Below, one piece after another: positions 1-9,321 of a stretch of DNA of 64,000 nt (positions are counted from its first letter, which is position 1; each line of letters begins with the position of its first letter). The stretch lies in the IMG/VR virus record IMGVR_UViG_3300049893_000724, positions 96,001-160,000 of that record; one strand, 5' to 3'. Position numbers and translations under genes: made by a program. The stretch is from a virus. Below the pieces are notes generated by a model. That model was not told where the DNA came from. It did not search any database and worked only from the letters and a program-made list of their open reading frames with translations.

Positions 1-16
1 GATGTTACGAAGATGT

Positions 17-682
17 TCATCCAAAAGTAGAATCAGGTTCCAGAGCAATATAATAGCACAGGTCGTGGTTCTTACTGGTAAAACGTGACAGAAGTTTTTG
101 AGAAACAACAACCTCATAAGTTCCAGGAAGAACTTTAATATTCTCAACTTTGAAGTTGAAAACAAACTCAGAGTCAGTTTCACCAACAACAATTGCAAAA
201 TCATTAGAGGTATCGTTCTTCTTATCACGAACCACCAGTTTCACTACACCACCTTCACCAACCGCAGAGATGTCAGGAAGTTGATACACCGCTGCTGCTT
301 TCAGGAGTTTATCCAGTTGCTCAGTGCTCAGTTCAAAACACACATCCTCACTAGGAAGATTGATTGCTTTGTCGGGAGGAGTGATGATAACAGTAGGGTC
401 TGCAAAGAAATACTTAGAGCGCATTTTACCTTCGCGGATAACTACATATCCATCGTTGACAAAATCAAGTTCAGGGCTTTGATGTAGACCAAGACCATTC
501 AGGAACTGATTAAGATCGTAAATACCAAAGTCTTTAGGAAACTCTTCGGTGATTGTTGCTTCAGCAAGAATGTTCTTCATCACACTAATAGTGCGAAGTT
601 TGTTTCCTTCTTTGAAAAGAATAGATTGATTAATTGAAGAGAAGTTTTTGAGGACAGAGAGAGTTTTATCAGAAAATTTCAT
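17..682 (-). CDS. gp45: DNA polymerase sliding clamp (T4 gp45-like)
   Basis: MKFSDKTLSVLKNFSSINQSIL N-terminus and C-terminal YYIALE are typical of T4-like clamps; ATG at 682 (track start 688 is TTG). Confidence 0.93.
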   Translation of the reverse strand: MKFSDKTLSVLKNFSSINQSILFKEGNKLRTISVMKNILAEATITEEFPKDFGIYDLNQFLNGLGLHQSPELDFVNDGYVVIREGKMRSKYFFADPTVIITPPDKAINLPSEDVCFELSTEQLDKLLKAAAVYQLPDISAVGEGGVVKLVVRDKKNDTSNDFAIVVGETDSEFVFNFKVENIKVLPGTYEVVVSQKLLSRFTSKNHDLCYYIALEPDSTFG

Positions 683-684
683 AA

Positions 685-1281
685 TCAATAAGGATAGTTG
701 TTAGAGTTGTTCTTGTGAAGTCCAGCAAAGTGATAGAGAAGAACGCAATAGTGAATTGCTTTCAGAATATCCATCTTGGATTTACCATTCTTCTTACCAA
801 AGCGAGAGAGATACTTGATAGCATTTGAGCGAGTAAATGCTTCAGCATCACCAATACTCTCAATCAAATCAAGAGTTTGGGTTTTGGATTGTTCAGAAGT
901 GTAATGAGAATGATAGGTGCTGGAAAGATACTGCTCTACTTCTTTCAGAGTTTTATCTTCTTCATATTTCCAGAAACCATTTTTGTTTGTATCTTCAGGC
1001 ACAGTCAAATTAAATGTAGAGGAGGGATTGAGAGAAATATGGTCATTTCCAAGACCACCAGGAAGACGAGATCCAGAAAAAACAATCTGATCCGAAGATA
1101 CATAAGGATTTCCAGTCAGACTAATACCATCATCTTCCCAAAAATCTTGAGCAGCAACAGGAGCTCCAAGATTAAGAACATCAGTATTTTTTGTATCGTA
1201 GAGGGTTTCAAAATTTTCTTTGTTTATACTCTCACCGAAAGTATAAACACCTGGTTTTTGGTCAGTCATAATAAAGGTCAT
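685..1281 (-). CDS. DUF3310-like protein (T7 gp1.7 nucleotide-kinase-like C-terminal domain) with acidic N-terminal extension
   Basis: C-terminal motif HY...QTLDLI...AEAFTRSNAIKYLSRFGKKNG...DILKAIHY matches the DUF3310 pattern. Confidence 0.65.
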   Translation of the reverse strand: MTFIMTDQKPGVYTFGESINKENFETLYDTKNTDVLNLGAPVAAQDFWEDDGISLTGNPYVSSDQIVFSGSRLPGGLGNDHISLNPSSTFNLTVPEDTNKNGFWKYEEDKTLKEVEQYLSSTYHSHYTSEQSKTQTLDLIESIGDAEAFTRSNAIKYLSRFGKKNGKSKMDILKAIHYCVLLYHFAGLHKNNSNNYPY

Positions 1282-1302
1282 AAACTACCTGTAAGTATTG
1301 TA

Positions 1303-2436
1303 TCAGAAAACTTCCTCAGAAGCAAATGCGGCGCGAACTTGAGCTTCAGAGGTCACGGAAGGCATCTGGAAATCAGCATCCACTTTGTCATACAGTTCCA
1401 GGAAGGATTGCTTGGTTTCGTCATCAAAGCGGTTCACACACACTTGAATTGCCTTTGCCTTATCTTGGAAGATGCTGTAAGCACGGATGATGTGAACCAG
1501 GCGGCGGGTGCTGATGATTTCCTCAATACCACCGTCATAGAAGGTCTTGCGGATGATGTCTGCCCAGTCCACCAGGCGCTTGCAGAAGTCACGGTCTTCC
1601 ACACCCAGGTCCAGAGCGATGCCTTCCAGAATTCGTTGCTCAACAGCAGGAGCGGGATAGGACTGCTCAAAAGTCACAGGGAAACGCTCTAGGAATGCTT
1701 CGTTGAGAACGTTGGTGCCGATGAAGCGACCGTCATCAGAACCCTTACCCTTGGTGTTTGCAGTGGCAACCACATTAAAACCAGCGGCAGGTTTTACGAA
1801 GCGACCAATCTTCTTCAGGAACACACCCTTACCTTCCAGAATGGACTGGAGACACAGAATCTTATTAGAGGCAAGGTCAATCTCATCCAGCAGCAGCACG
1901 GCGCCACGCTCAAGTGCTTCCACAACAGGACCATTGTGCCAAACAGTTTCCCCATTCACCAGGCGGAAACCACCAATCAGGTCATCCTCATCAGTTTCAA
2001 TCGTGATGTTCACACGAATGAGTTCACGCTTAAGTTGAGCACACGCTTGCTCCACCGAGAACGTTTTACCATTACCCGAAAGACCCGTGATGAACGCAGG
2101 GTAAAAGATACGGGACTGAATAATTTTTTTAATATCACCAAAGTTACCAAACTTGACGAAGGTATCATCTTTATCGGGAATGAGGTTTTGTTCGGTAGGA
2201 GGAATCACAGCAGGTGCTTGGAAAGTACGTTCGATTTCTTCAACCTTCTGTTGAGTAACTTCAAGATTCCAACGACCCCGACCAACTTTAAACTGCTCCA
2301 AACGTTTTGTAACAGTAGGATAAGAAATATCTTTAGAAGCACAATAACCGCGAACATCTGCAGCGGTAAATTCCTTACCAAATGTATTCTTCAGATCGTC
2401 AATGATTTGATCGTCGGTCATTTGAATGCGAGACAT
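1303..2436 (-). CDS. cobS: MoxR/CbbQ-type AAA+ ATPase (cyanophage 'CobS-like')
   Basis: Walker A GLSGNGKT, Walker B LLLDEID, TANTKG and FLERF; conventional cyanophage position next to gp45. Start placed at MSRIQ, downstream of TATAAT at 2466-2471. The symbol is the customary label, not a claim of cobalamin function. Confidence 0.85.
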   Translation of the reverse strand: MSRIQMTDDQIIDDLKNTFGKEFTAADVRGYCASKDISYPTVTKRLEQFKVGRGRWNLEVTQQKVEEIERTFQAPAVIPPTEQNLIPDKDDTFVKFGNFGDIKKIIQSRIFYPAFITGLSGNGKTFSVEQACAQLKRELIRVNITIETDEDDLIGGFRLVNGETVWHNGPVVEALERGAVLLLDEIDLASNKILCLQSILEGKGVFLKKIGRFVKPAAGFNVVATANTKGKGSDDGRFIGTNVLNEAFLERFPVTFEQSYPAPAVEQRILEGIALDLGVEDRDFCKRLVDWADIIRKTFYDGGIEEIISTRRLVHIIRAYSIFQDKAKAIQVCVNRFDDETKQSFLELYDKVDADFQMPSVTSEAQVRAAFASEEVF

Positions 2437-2465
2437 AATCAGAGTGGTTTGTTTCAACTGAAGTC

Positions 2466-2510
2466 ATTATAAAACAAAAAAGGGGTCTCTGGGACCCCGA
2501 GTGGTCAGTT
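2466..2510 (-). promoter_or_regulatory. Stem-loop/terminator fused to a -10 box upstream of the AAA gene
   Basis: Minus strand GACCAC-TC-GGGGTC-CCAGA-GACCCC-TTTTTTGTTT-TATAAT; stem 2482-2487/2493-2498, TATAAT at 2466-2471. Confidence 0.65.
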
Positions 2511-2690
2511 AGCAAACTGGTTCTTAAGTTTTTGAAGGTGCTCTTGACTTCCAATACAACCTTTATAACCAGGATAGTATTTTTCTACTACAGAGTTAAT
2601 TCCCATAGCAGTAATGGCACTATCACACTTTACCCAAACTTCTTTGGTGTCATACTTTACAACGTGCTCAAATGGAAATTTAGTTTTCAA
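2505..2690 (-). CDS. Hypothetical protein (61 aa)
   Basis: ATG ORF overlapping the stop of the upstream gene, in operon orientation. Confidence 0.65.
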   Translation of the reverse strand: MKTKFPFEHVVKYDTKEVWVKCDSAITAMGINSVVEKYYPGYKGCIGSQEHLQKLKNQFAN

Positions 2691-3343
2691 TTTAATTCTC
2701 CAAGTGCCTTTGCCTTACGAACTTTATTAGGTCTTAATTTACCACCTGGATAGTTTCTTTCATCATTACCTTCAAAATCAGGATCTACATTAGCACGATG
2801 TCTTGCTGCTCTATCTGGAGAATATCTATCAGTATGAATATCCTTTCTGCGATTGGGAGCAATCTTATCTGCTGCTCTCTTTTCTTTTTGCTTGAGGGCA
2901 CTACGCTTCTTCTTATAATCTTTAAGAGTCATACCCTCTTCAATTTCAACTTCTTCTTTTCTTGTTCTTTCTGCTTGTTTGCGCTTAGCATATTGCATAT
3001 AAGTTTCACCTGGTTTTAGTCTATTACTATAATCGGGTTTTGTTTGTGCTGAGGTGCTTTGTCCTTTATCTTCACGGGCTCTCATCTGAGGTCCTTTGCC
3101 AGGAAGTTTCTTATCTTGCTCTGGATCTGGATGCCACCAATCACCAGCTTCATTTACAGATTTTTTCTTCGCTTTTTCTTTCTCCAACCAACCACCCTGC
3201 ATTACTCCTGATAAAGGAATTTTTACAGTTGGTTTATCATCAGGATGACCACCATAATCTCTACCTCTGTAATCTGTTCCACGATGGGGACGACCCGTGG
3301 AACGATCATAGGCTTCAAGTGCGAATTGTTGGTAGGTCTTCAT
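2687..3343 (-). CDS. Hypothetical basic protein, probable virion/internal protein
   Basis: MKTYQQFALEA start motif, K/R-rich modules, late-promoter-like ATAAATA at 3364-3370. Confidence 0.65.
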   Translation of the reverse strand: MKTYQQFALEAYDRSTGRPHRGTDYRGRDYGGHPDDKPTVKIPLSGVMQGGWLEKEKAKKKSVNEAGDWWHPDPEQDKKLPGKGPQMRAREDKGQSTSAQTKPDYSNRLKPGETYMQYAKRKQAERTRKEEVEIEEGMTLKDYKKKRSALKQKEKRAADKIAPNRRKDIHTDRYSPDRAARHRANVDPDFEGNDERNYPGGKLRPNKVRKAKALGELN

Positions 3344-3366
3344 ATCTACGGATACTTTTTAGGTAT

Positions 3367-5550
3367 TTATGCCACGAGAGAAATGAACTCACCAAGAACT
3401 TTTTTATTCAGTTTTTTAGTTTTCAATGATTTTACAAAGGCAGATTTGATTTGAGATTTAGTAGCATCTTCAGCAACATCAAATTCAGTATCTTGAGACA
3501 GAGCAGTTGAAGACAAACCAAAGTAAGCATCATAACCAGAATTCGTAATTGTAAAACTCTTCAGTTTCTTCCAATCACTTTGAATTTTTTGATATTGTTT
3601 ATCGTTGTCATAGTGATAGAGACTAATGAAGCGATTTGCATTGCGACTCTCAAGAACACGAATGCCGATGAAATTTACCGAAGGAAACTTATCCTTTAAA
3701 TTATGGAGAAGAGTATCGGTAAATTGATGATATCCATAATCAAACTTATAGGTGGTTCCAAGTTTACGGTCACGAAGGAAAGTTTTATGGGGATTAACAC
3801 CAGCGATGCCAATACGAGGCTCACTTTCCCAAGCACGTTTTACTTCACGATGATAAGGAAGATGATTTGCCTCACCATCAGTTAGAACAATACACTGAAC
3901 TTTCTGGAGTTTATTTTCACGTTGAAACTTAGGAAGAATTTGATGAAGAGAAACTAATGCTTCATTCAGAGGAGTTCCAGAGAGAGACAAACGATTTGGA
4001 TAAGTATAAGGAGTTTGATAAGTGTCTCCAAAGTAAACAGCGAGACGCCAAATGTTTAACATTTGATTCTCTAGTTCTTTACCAGAAACTTTACTGGTAA
4101 GAATATTCATCAAGGAAAAACTCTCATCAATAGAGAGAAGATTTTCTTTCTTCTCGTAGTGAGAGGTTCTATCAGCGGGTTTGAACATTCCAGTTGCATA
4201 ATCGTGCTCTCCACGACGCCATTCATTAGTAAAAGCATAAACCTCAAAGGGAATAGAGACTTTTTTACAAAACCACACGAGGTTGAACAGTTGCTTACAA
4301 GTATCAGTCAGTACTTGAGACATTGAACCAGACCAGTCCAGAACAAACACTAGACCGTGATTTTTGCCGTCAGGAATTATAGACACTTTTTTGAAAAGAT
4401 CTTCATTGTATTTGTAAGTATGAAGACGAGCAGTATCAAGAACTCCAGTGCGAGCAGTAGAGGCACGGGAATAAGAATCTGCTGCCTTACGGCACTCAAA
4501 CTCTTTTACCAGATAGTTGACTTCTTTCTGAGCGGATACTTTAAACTTCTTAAATTCAGTATCTGCTTTCAGAAACAAACTTTCGGGAGTAAGATGTTTG
4601 TAATTTTCTTTTAGAGTTTGTTCGTAGGACTTTTGCTGTTGGTGAAAAGAAGCATCAATATGGGTATGAACTTCATCATTCTTACCAATAATAGTTTCAA
4701 GATTAACTTGAGGAATTTCTACATAAACATTTTCATAACCATCATCATTCACCAGATCACGAATTTTATCCTCCAAATTATCCGCAGTGCGGACCTCAGG
4801 TTCTTCACTATGGTCCGGAATCATATCAGGACCCGATTGAGTAGGGCCCTCATTTTCATTTTGCTGTGCTTCTGATTTGTTAGTTTCTCCCTCTTGTTCC
4901 TCATCACTTTGCTCACTTTCCACGTTTTGTTGAGTAGAAGAATTGGAATTACCCTGAGTTTCGTGATCATCAAAATTGGAAACTTTTTGCTCCTGTTCTT
5001 TTTCTTTTTTACAGTATTGATAGAGTGCTTCAGCAGCGTCCAGAACATCATCAAACGTTTCAGTTTCTGCAATCCTATTAATAATATCCATCTCCTCACC
5101 ACGCTTAATAGGAACGTCAATGAAGTTTCCAACCTTAAACCACAGGTTTGCGCGGTCAGCAAGATTCATCTCACCAACTTTCTCATCTTCAAGTTGAAAG
5201 AAATCCTCTTCGTTCAATTCTTTATAACCATTGAAGAAAGTCTTAGCAAGTCCCAGATACTTACGCTTCATCAGTTTCTCAATACGGGCATCTTCCACCA
5301 CATTCACAAACTGAGCAGGGACTTTTACTTTTTCAGTCCAATCTTCATCAGGAGTAAAGAGAGCATGACCAACTTCGTGACCCACCAGCAGGTCATACAC
5401 AGTGTTGCTTGCCTTTTCCCATAGAGGCAGAGTGAGCACACGAGTATGAACGTTGAAGCAAGCGGTTGCTACTTTCTTGTGCTCCACCACAAGGTCTTCC
5501 GTGGCAAGCAGTTTAGCAAGTTGGGACTTGATTTCGTGACTGACAGGCAT
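3367..5550 (-). CDS. Metallopeptidase-like (HExxH) / VWA domain protein
   Basis: N-terminal GHEVGHAL plus NVVEDARIE; MIDAS motif VLDWSGSM, LSGTPL, LTDGE. Start placed at MPVSHEIK (ATG 5550) after TATAAT 5573-5578. Confidence 0.85.
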   Translation of the reverse strand: MPVSHEIKSQLAKLLATEDLVVEHKKVATACFNVHTRVLTLPLWEKASNTVYDLLVGHEVGHALFTPDEDWTEKVKVPAQFVNVVEDARIEKLMKRKYLGLAKTFFNGYKELNEEDFFQLEDEKVGEMNLADRANLWFKVGNFIDVPIKRGEEMDIINRIAETETFDDVLDAAEALYQYCKKEKEQEQKVSNFDDHETQGNSNSSTQQNVESEQSDEEQEGETNKSEAQQNENEGPTQSGPDMIPDHSEEPEVRTADNLEDKIRDLVNDDGYENVYVEIPQVNLETIIGKNDEVHTHIDASFHQQQKSYEQTLKENYKHLTPESLFLKADTEFKKFKVSAQKEVNYLVKEFECRKAADSYSRASTARTGVLDTARLHTYKYNEDLFKKVSIIPDGKNHGLVFVLDWSGSMSQVLTDTCKQLFNLVWFCKKVSIPFEVYAFTNEWRRGEHDYATGMFKPADRTSHYEKKENLLSIDESFSLMNILTSKVSGKELENQMLNIWRLAVYFGDTYQTPYTYPNRLSLSGTPLNEALVSLHQILPKFQRENKLQKVQCIVLTDGEANHLPYHREVKRAWESEPRIGIAGVNPHKTFLRDRKLGTTYKFDYGYHQFTDTLLHNLKDKFPSVNFIGIRVLESRNANRFISLYHYDNDKQYQKIQSDWKKLKSFTITNSGYDAYFGLSSTALSQDTEFDVAEDATKSQIKSAFVKSLKTKKLNKKVLGEFISLVA

Positions 5551-5719
5551 TGGTCTTTGTTCGTATGAGACCATTATAAAACGAAAGGTCGCCCTTTGGA
5601 CGACCCATGTGACGCTTTTTGAACTGGGCAAGTCGTGCTTTTGCTTGCCTCAGTGCTTGCGGTTTAAGTTTTCGTTTTTGTTCTTTCTTGGAATGGTGTT
5701 TCCAGTTTGGGACTTGCAT
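5513..5719 (-). CDS. Small basic hypothetical protein
   Basis: MQVPNWKHHSKKEQKRKLKPQALRQAK; resembles the small ORF usually seen after gp46 in cyanophages. Confidence 0.6.
   Translation of the reverse strand: MQVPNWKHHSKKEQKRKLKPQALRQAKARLAQFKKRHMGRPKGDLSFYNGLIRTKTNACQSRNQVPTC
5573..5613 (-). promoter_or_regulatory. Stem-loop plus -10 box upstream of the VWA/peptidase gene
   Basis: Minus strand GTCACA-TG-GGTCGTCC-AAA-GGGCGACC-TTTCGTTT-TATAAT. Confidence 0.6.
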
Positions 5720-5733
5720 TGTTCTGTGATGTA

Positions 5734-7446
5734 TCAAGACATCATACGTGAAAAACCTTTGACTTTTTCAAACCTTATGACGCTTTCAAATCTGTCCTCC
5801 AGACCAGTTTTGTGAGAGATGACAAAAATGTTTGCGTCTTTAATCACATAACGAATAATCTTAAGGAACTCTTCCGTTCCAAATCCATCAAGTGAAGAAT
5901 CAAATACCTCATCCATAATCAAAAGATTGGTATTGACTGAGTTTTTGAATCTTGCAACTTCACGCCAGGTAAAGAGAAGTGCGAGGTCAATTCTCATTTT
6001 TTCTCCTTCACTAAAAGAAGCATAGGAGAAATCTTCGTGAATGGGTGACTGGACGGTTTCGTTGAATTCCTCATCAAGTGTGAAGTTAATATAGAAATCC
6101 ATCATCTGAAGATAACGGTTAACTTGCTGATTTATCAGCGGTAGATACTTCTTAATGATTTTGGTCTTTACTCCACCGTCTTTTAACAAACTATACGTAA
6201 AGTCGTAATAGTTGATTGTGTCTTTTTTAGAAGCGAGTTCGTCGTATGTAGTTTTTAAGTTTTTGTTGAAGGATTCTAACTTCTCATGTTCAGAATTTCG
6301 GTTTGCAAGGTTCTCGGTAATAGTTTGAATTTCAGATTCAAGATCTCTGATTTGTCTCTGACATCCAGCGATCTTAGTATTGTTTTGAGAAATGCCATGC
6401 GTTAGTTTTGTAATCTCCTTCGTAAGAGTAGTGAATTGACGCTCTCGCTCCTCTTCCTCTTTAATTGCCTCCTCTAGTTCTTTATAACCAGATTGCAACT
6501 CCTTTGCCTTATTTTGAGCGTCTGTAATTCTATTTATTCTGAAGGTCTCTTCGATTGGTTGTGTGCAGGTTGGGCATACCGTATTCTCTGCAAAGAACTT
6601 ATGTTCTTGAGTGATTGTTGATACTTTTTGGGAGAGTTTGCCTTTGAGGTTTCCTAGCTTACGAAGTTTTTCTGCTGCACCGGTAACAATCTCCTGTTCC
6701 TTCGTGTATTTAAAAACGTCTTCTTCCAGAAGAGCATTTTCATTCATATAAACACCAACTTCAGTATCTAACTTGGCAATCTTTTCTTTGCTGGCGTTTA
6801 TATTGGCATTACCACGATTTTCAAGTTCCTCAATAAACTCCTTTTGCATCTTGACCTTATCAAGAAGAGATTCTTTTTTGAGTTCCAAAACTTTGATATC
6901 TTCTTTCGACTGGCGAATCTTTTCTTTAATAATCATATTCATAGAAGAAAAGATTTTAATATCCAACAAATCTTCGATAACTTCACGACGATGAGCCGCA
7001 GGAAGTTGCATAAAAGGAACAAAAGTGCTTGAACCCAAAATAACAATTTGAGTAAAAGACTTGTAATTCATTTTAAGAACATTTTGTTCTAACCATTTCT
7101 GCTGATCTAATGCGGCAGCAGATTGATCTAATGCAGCACCATTTCTCCAAATTTCAAATACTGCTGGTTTGATTCCACGTATAACTTTCCATTCAACGTT
7201 CCCAATAGAAAACTCAACTTCAACTTTACAGTCTTTGTCATTGACACTATTAATCAATTGAGGTTTATTAATCTTACGAAATGGTTTGCCAAACAAAGAA
7301 AATGTAAGAGCATCCAACACGGTACTCTTTCCAGCACCATTTGTACCAATAATCAAATTGGTTGTATTTTTAGTAAAATCAAGTTCAGTGTATTGATTTC
7401 CGGTTGAAAGAAAATTTTTCCAACGAATAGTTTTAAATAAAATCAT
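5734..7446 (-). CDS. gp46: Recombination endonuclease subunit, Rad50/SbcC-like ATPase (gp46)
   Basis: Walker A GTNGAGKST, coiled coil with CPTC zinc hook, FSEGEK signature, MDEVFD Walker B, ISH. Confidence 0.96.
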   Translation of the reverse strand: MILFKTIRWKNFLSTGNQYTELDFTKNTTNLIIGTNGAGKSTVLDALTFSLFGKPFRKINKPQLINSVNDKDCKVEVEFSIGNVEWKVIRGIKPAVFEIWRNGAALDQSAAALDQQKWLEQNVLKMNYKSFTQIVILGSSTFVPFMQLPAAHRREVIEDLLDIKIFSSMNMIIKEKIRQSKEDIKVLELKKESLLDKVKMQKEFIEELENRGNANINASKEKIAKLDTEVGVYMNENALLEEDVFKYTKEQEIVTGAAEKLRKLGNLKGKLSQKVSTITQEHKFFAENTVCPTCTQPIEETFRINRITDAQNKAKELQSGYKELEEAIKEEEERERQFTTLTKEITKLTHGISQNNTKIAGCQRQIRDLESEIQTITENLANRNSEHEKLESFNKNLKTTYDELASKKDTINYYDFTYSLLKDGGVKTKIIKKYLPLINQQVNRYLQMMDFYINFTLDEEFNETVQSPIHEDFSYASFSEGEKMRIDLALLFTWREVARFKNSVNTNLLIMDEVFDSSLDGFGTEEFLKIIRYVIKDANIFVISHKTGLEDRFESVIRFEKVKGFSRMMS

Positions 7447-7705
7447 GATTTGAATTTGGTGGAATTACAATATCATCTGGGGTAATAACTACGTATTGGT
7501 ATCCGTGAATTTCACAGGTTTTTACCATCACATCATCTTCAATTTCAATTACATGCATTTCTGGACTTCCATCTTCTTCCAACATCATAGCATATCTTAC
7601 AGCATCATCTTCTTCTTCGAAGAGATATAAAATTTGCTCTCCTTCTGAGTTAGCTACTGAATATGCACCTTCTGTTTCTTTTCCGTTGATGGTTAAAATA
7701 AACAT
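7433..7705 (-). CDS. DUF3110-like conserved hypothetical protein
   Basis: LYLFEEEDDAVRYAMMLE resembles the cyanobacterial DUF3110 motif; conserved position between gp47 and gp46. Confidence 0.55.
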   Translation of the reverse strand: MFILTINGKETEGAYSVANSEGEQILYLFEEEDDAVRYAMMLEEDGSPEMHVIEIEDDVMVKTCEIHGYQYVVITPDDIVIPPNSNHDFI

Positions 7706-7706
7706 C

Positions 7707-8747
7707 TCAAACTAACTCACATGCCTCTTGATAAATTTCTTGTAGCATTTTTTGAACTATTGATTTATCAAGGTTAACTTCCGCTTCCTCAATGTATCTA
7801 TTGAGAATCGAAAGTGTATCTTCAGATTCAAATGCCTCAAACTCTTCAGATTCTTGCATTTCAAAGTTTTCAATAATTTTTAACTCTGAAATATTTGAAG
7901 AGTATAATTTATCGACAAACTTTTCAAACTTTTTAGTATCAGTTTTTTTACGAACTACTACCTTTACAATTTTATTTTCATACTCACGAGTATCAAATGT
8001 TTGGTAGTTTGTATCCTCATAATAAATGTTATAGAACAATCTATGAGGATTATTAACTGAGTTATGCTCTAAAGTTTCAGTATCAAAAATATGGAATCCC
8101 CGAGTATCATTTACATCATTCCAAAACATCTCATAAGGATTACCAAGATAGAAAACAGTTCCGTTAGTAGAACGAGTATGGTAATGACCGGAAAATACCT
8201 TAGAGAAGTTTTTAAAAAGATTTGCTTCCAATCCGTGTTCCATTACAACTGAGCGATTTACCCTAAAACCTTGCAATTCAAGGTGACCCATAGCAACTTT
8301 ACAAGAAGTTTTTTTAATCATCTTAAGAGTTTTATCTTGGTTATCCTGATTAATCCAAGGAATAAAAAGAAGTTTGAGTCCGCCAATCACAACTTCTTTT
8401 GGCTCAGCATAAACAGTCACATTATCATACTCACGAAGTAACAAATCCACAGCATTTACTTCGTTTGTATTCTTATAATATGCGGTATGGTTTCCGACAA
8501 TTGTATGAACTTGGATACCCATACTCTTAAGGCGATCATAATAATTGTTCTTCGCCCAAGAAAGAGCAGAGAAATCAATACCCTTACGACTATCAAAAGT
8601 ATCGCCCATATCAATGACTGTGGTGATACCCTCTTTCTCTAGAGTAGGAAAGAAAATGTCATTATAAAACTTCAAGAAATAATCATGAAAGAGTTTTGAA
8701 TTCTTTCGTGCTCCGAAGTGCTGGTCAGTGATAATAGCGACTTTCAT
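7707..8747 (-). CDS. gp47: Recombination endonuclease subunit, Mre11/SbcD-like nuclease (gp47)
   Basis: Metallophosphoesterase motifs ITDQHFG, GDTFD, VGNH, GHLEL, SGHYH. Confidence 0.96.
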   Translation of the reverse strand: MKVAIITDQHFGARKNSKLFHDYFLKFYNDIFFPTLEKEGITTVIDMGDTFDSRKGIDFSALSWAKNNYYDRLKSMGIQVHTIVGNHTAYYKNTNEVNAVDLLLREYDNVTVYAEPKEVVIGGLKLLFIPWINQDNQDKTLKMIKKTSCKVAMGHLELQGFRVNRSVVMEHGLEANLFKNFSKVFSGHYHTRSTNGTVFYLGNPYEMFWNDVNDTRGFHIFDTETLEHNSVNNPHRLFYNIYYEDTNYQTFDTREYENKIVKVVVRKKTDTKKFEKFVDKLYSSNISELKIIENFEMQESEEFEAFESEDTLSILNRYIEEAEVNLDKSIVQKMLQEIYQEACELV

Positions 8748-9245
8748 TCAATAGCGAAGTTTGGAATGGACACCATCTTTGATGCTATTATAGTCGGAAT
8801 AGTTCCCGCCGTCAACTGAATTATCGTCAGTAAAGACTTCAGAAAATCCTGAGCGTTCAAGGATCTTATTCTTGATTTCTAGTTGACGCTTCTCTCTTTG
8901 AATGCGACGGAGAAATGCGTAGTGAATAATTTGAGTAAAGTATGCAAAAGGATTTTGGGATTTCTCAGGATTAAAATTATGAATGTACTGAACACAATTT
9001 TCAATACCATCAGAAATCATATCTTCCTTGAACATATAGTTCACGAAGTTTGGTTTGAATGACAAGTGATTTGCAATCTTCAGGAAACACTCTCCAATGT
9101 AGCGAGGGATGGGTGGTTTTGGTTTCCCTTGGATCTCTGCGATTTCTTTGTCTTCACGGTACTTAATCAGTGCTGCAAGGAACTCTTTGTTATTGACGTA
9201 ATGTTCTGACCTCTTTCTTTTGGTCATGACTGCTGTGGTTATCAT
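8748..9245 (-). CDS. gp55: Late-transcription sigma factor (gp55)
   Basis: HYVNNKEFL, KIANHLS...NF..Y, MISDGIENC, NPFAYFTQII..AFLRRI..EK. Confidence 0.95.
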   Translation of the reverse strand: MITTAVMTKRKRSEHYVNNKEFLAALIKYREDKEIAEIQGKPKPPIPRYIGECFLKIANHLSFKPNFVNYMFKEDMISDGIENCVQYIHNFNPEKSQNPFAYFTQIIHYAFLRRIQREKRQLEIKNKILERSGFSEVFTDDNSVDGGNYSDYNSIKDGVHSKLRY

Positions 9246-9270
9246 GAGTTTTTATCATTATTATGTAGGT

Positions 9271-9321
9271 ATAATAACATAAACTTAACTAGTTGACAAG
9301 GTATTTAAAACTGTGTACAAT
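9271..9321. promoter_or_regulatory. Overlapping divergent sigma70-like promoters
   Basis: Minus: TTGTCA(9299-9294)-17-TATTAT(9276-9271) toward gp55. Plus: TTGACA(9293-9298)-17-TACAAT(9316-9321). Confidence 0.6.

Noticed and set aside
1303-2436. cobS as a cobalamin-synthesis auxiliary gene
   Set aside because: Motifs only show a MoxR-type AAA+; no cobN or other cob genes are present, and the partner carries a peptidase-like domain.
877-2472. Long plus-strand ORFs (877-1692, 1703-2038, 1936-2472)
   Set aside because: Antisense shadows of the GC-richer AAA gene, with no recognisable motifs or translation signals.
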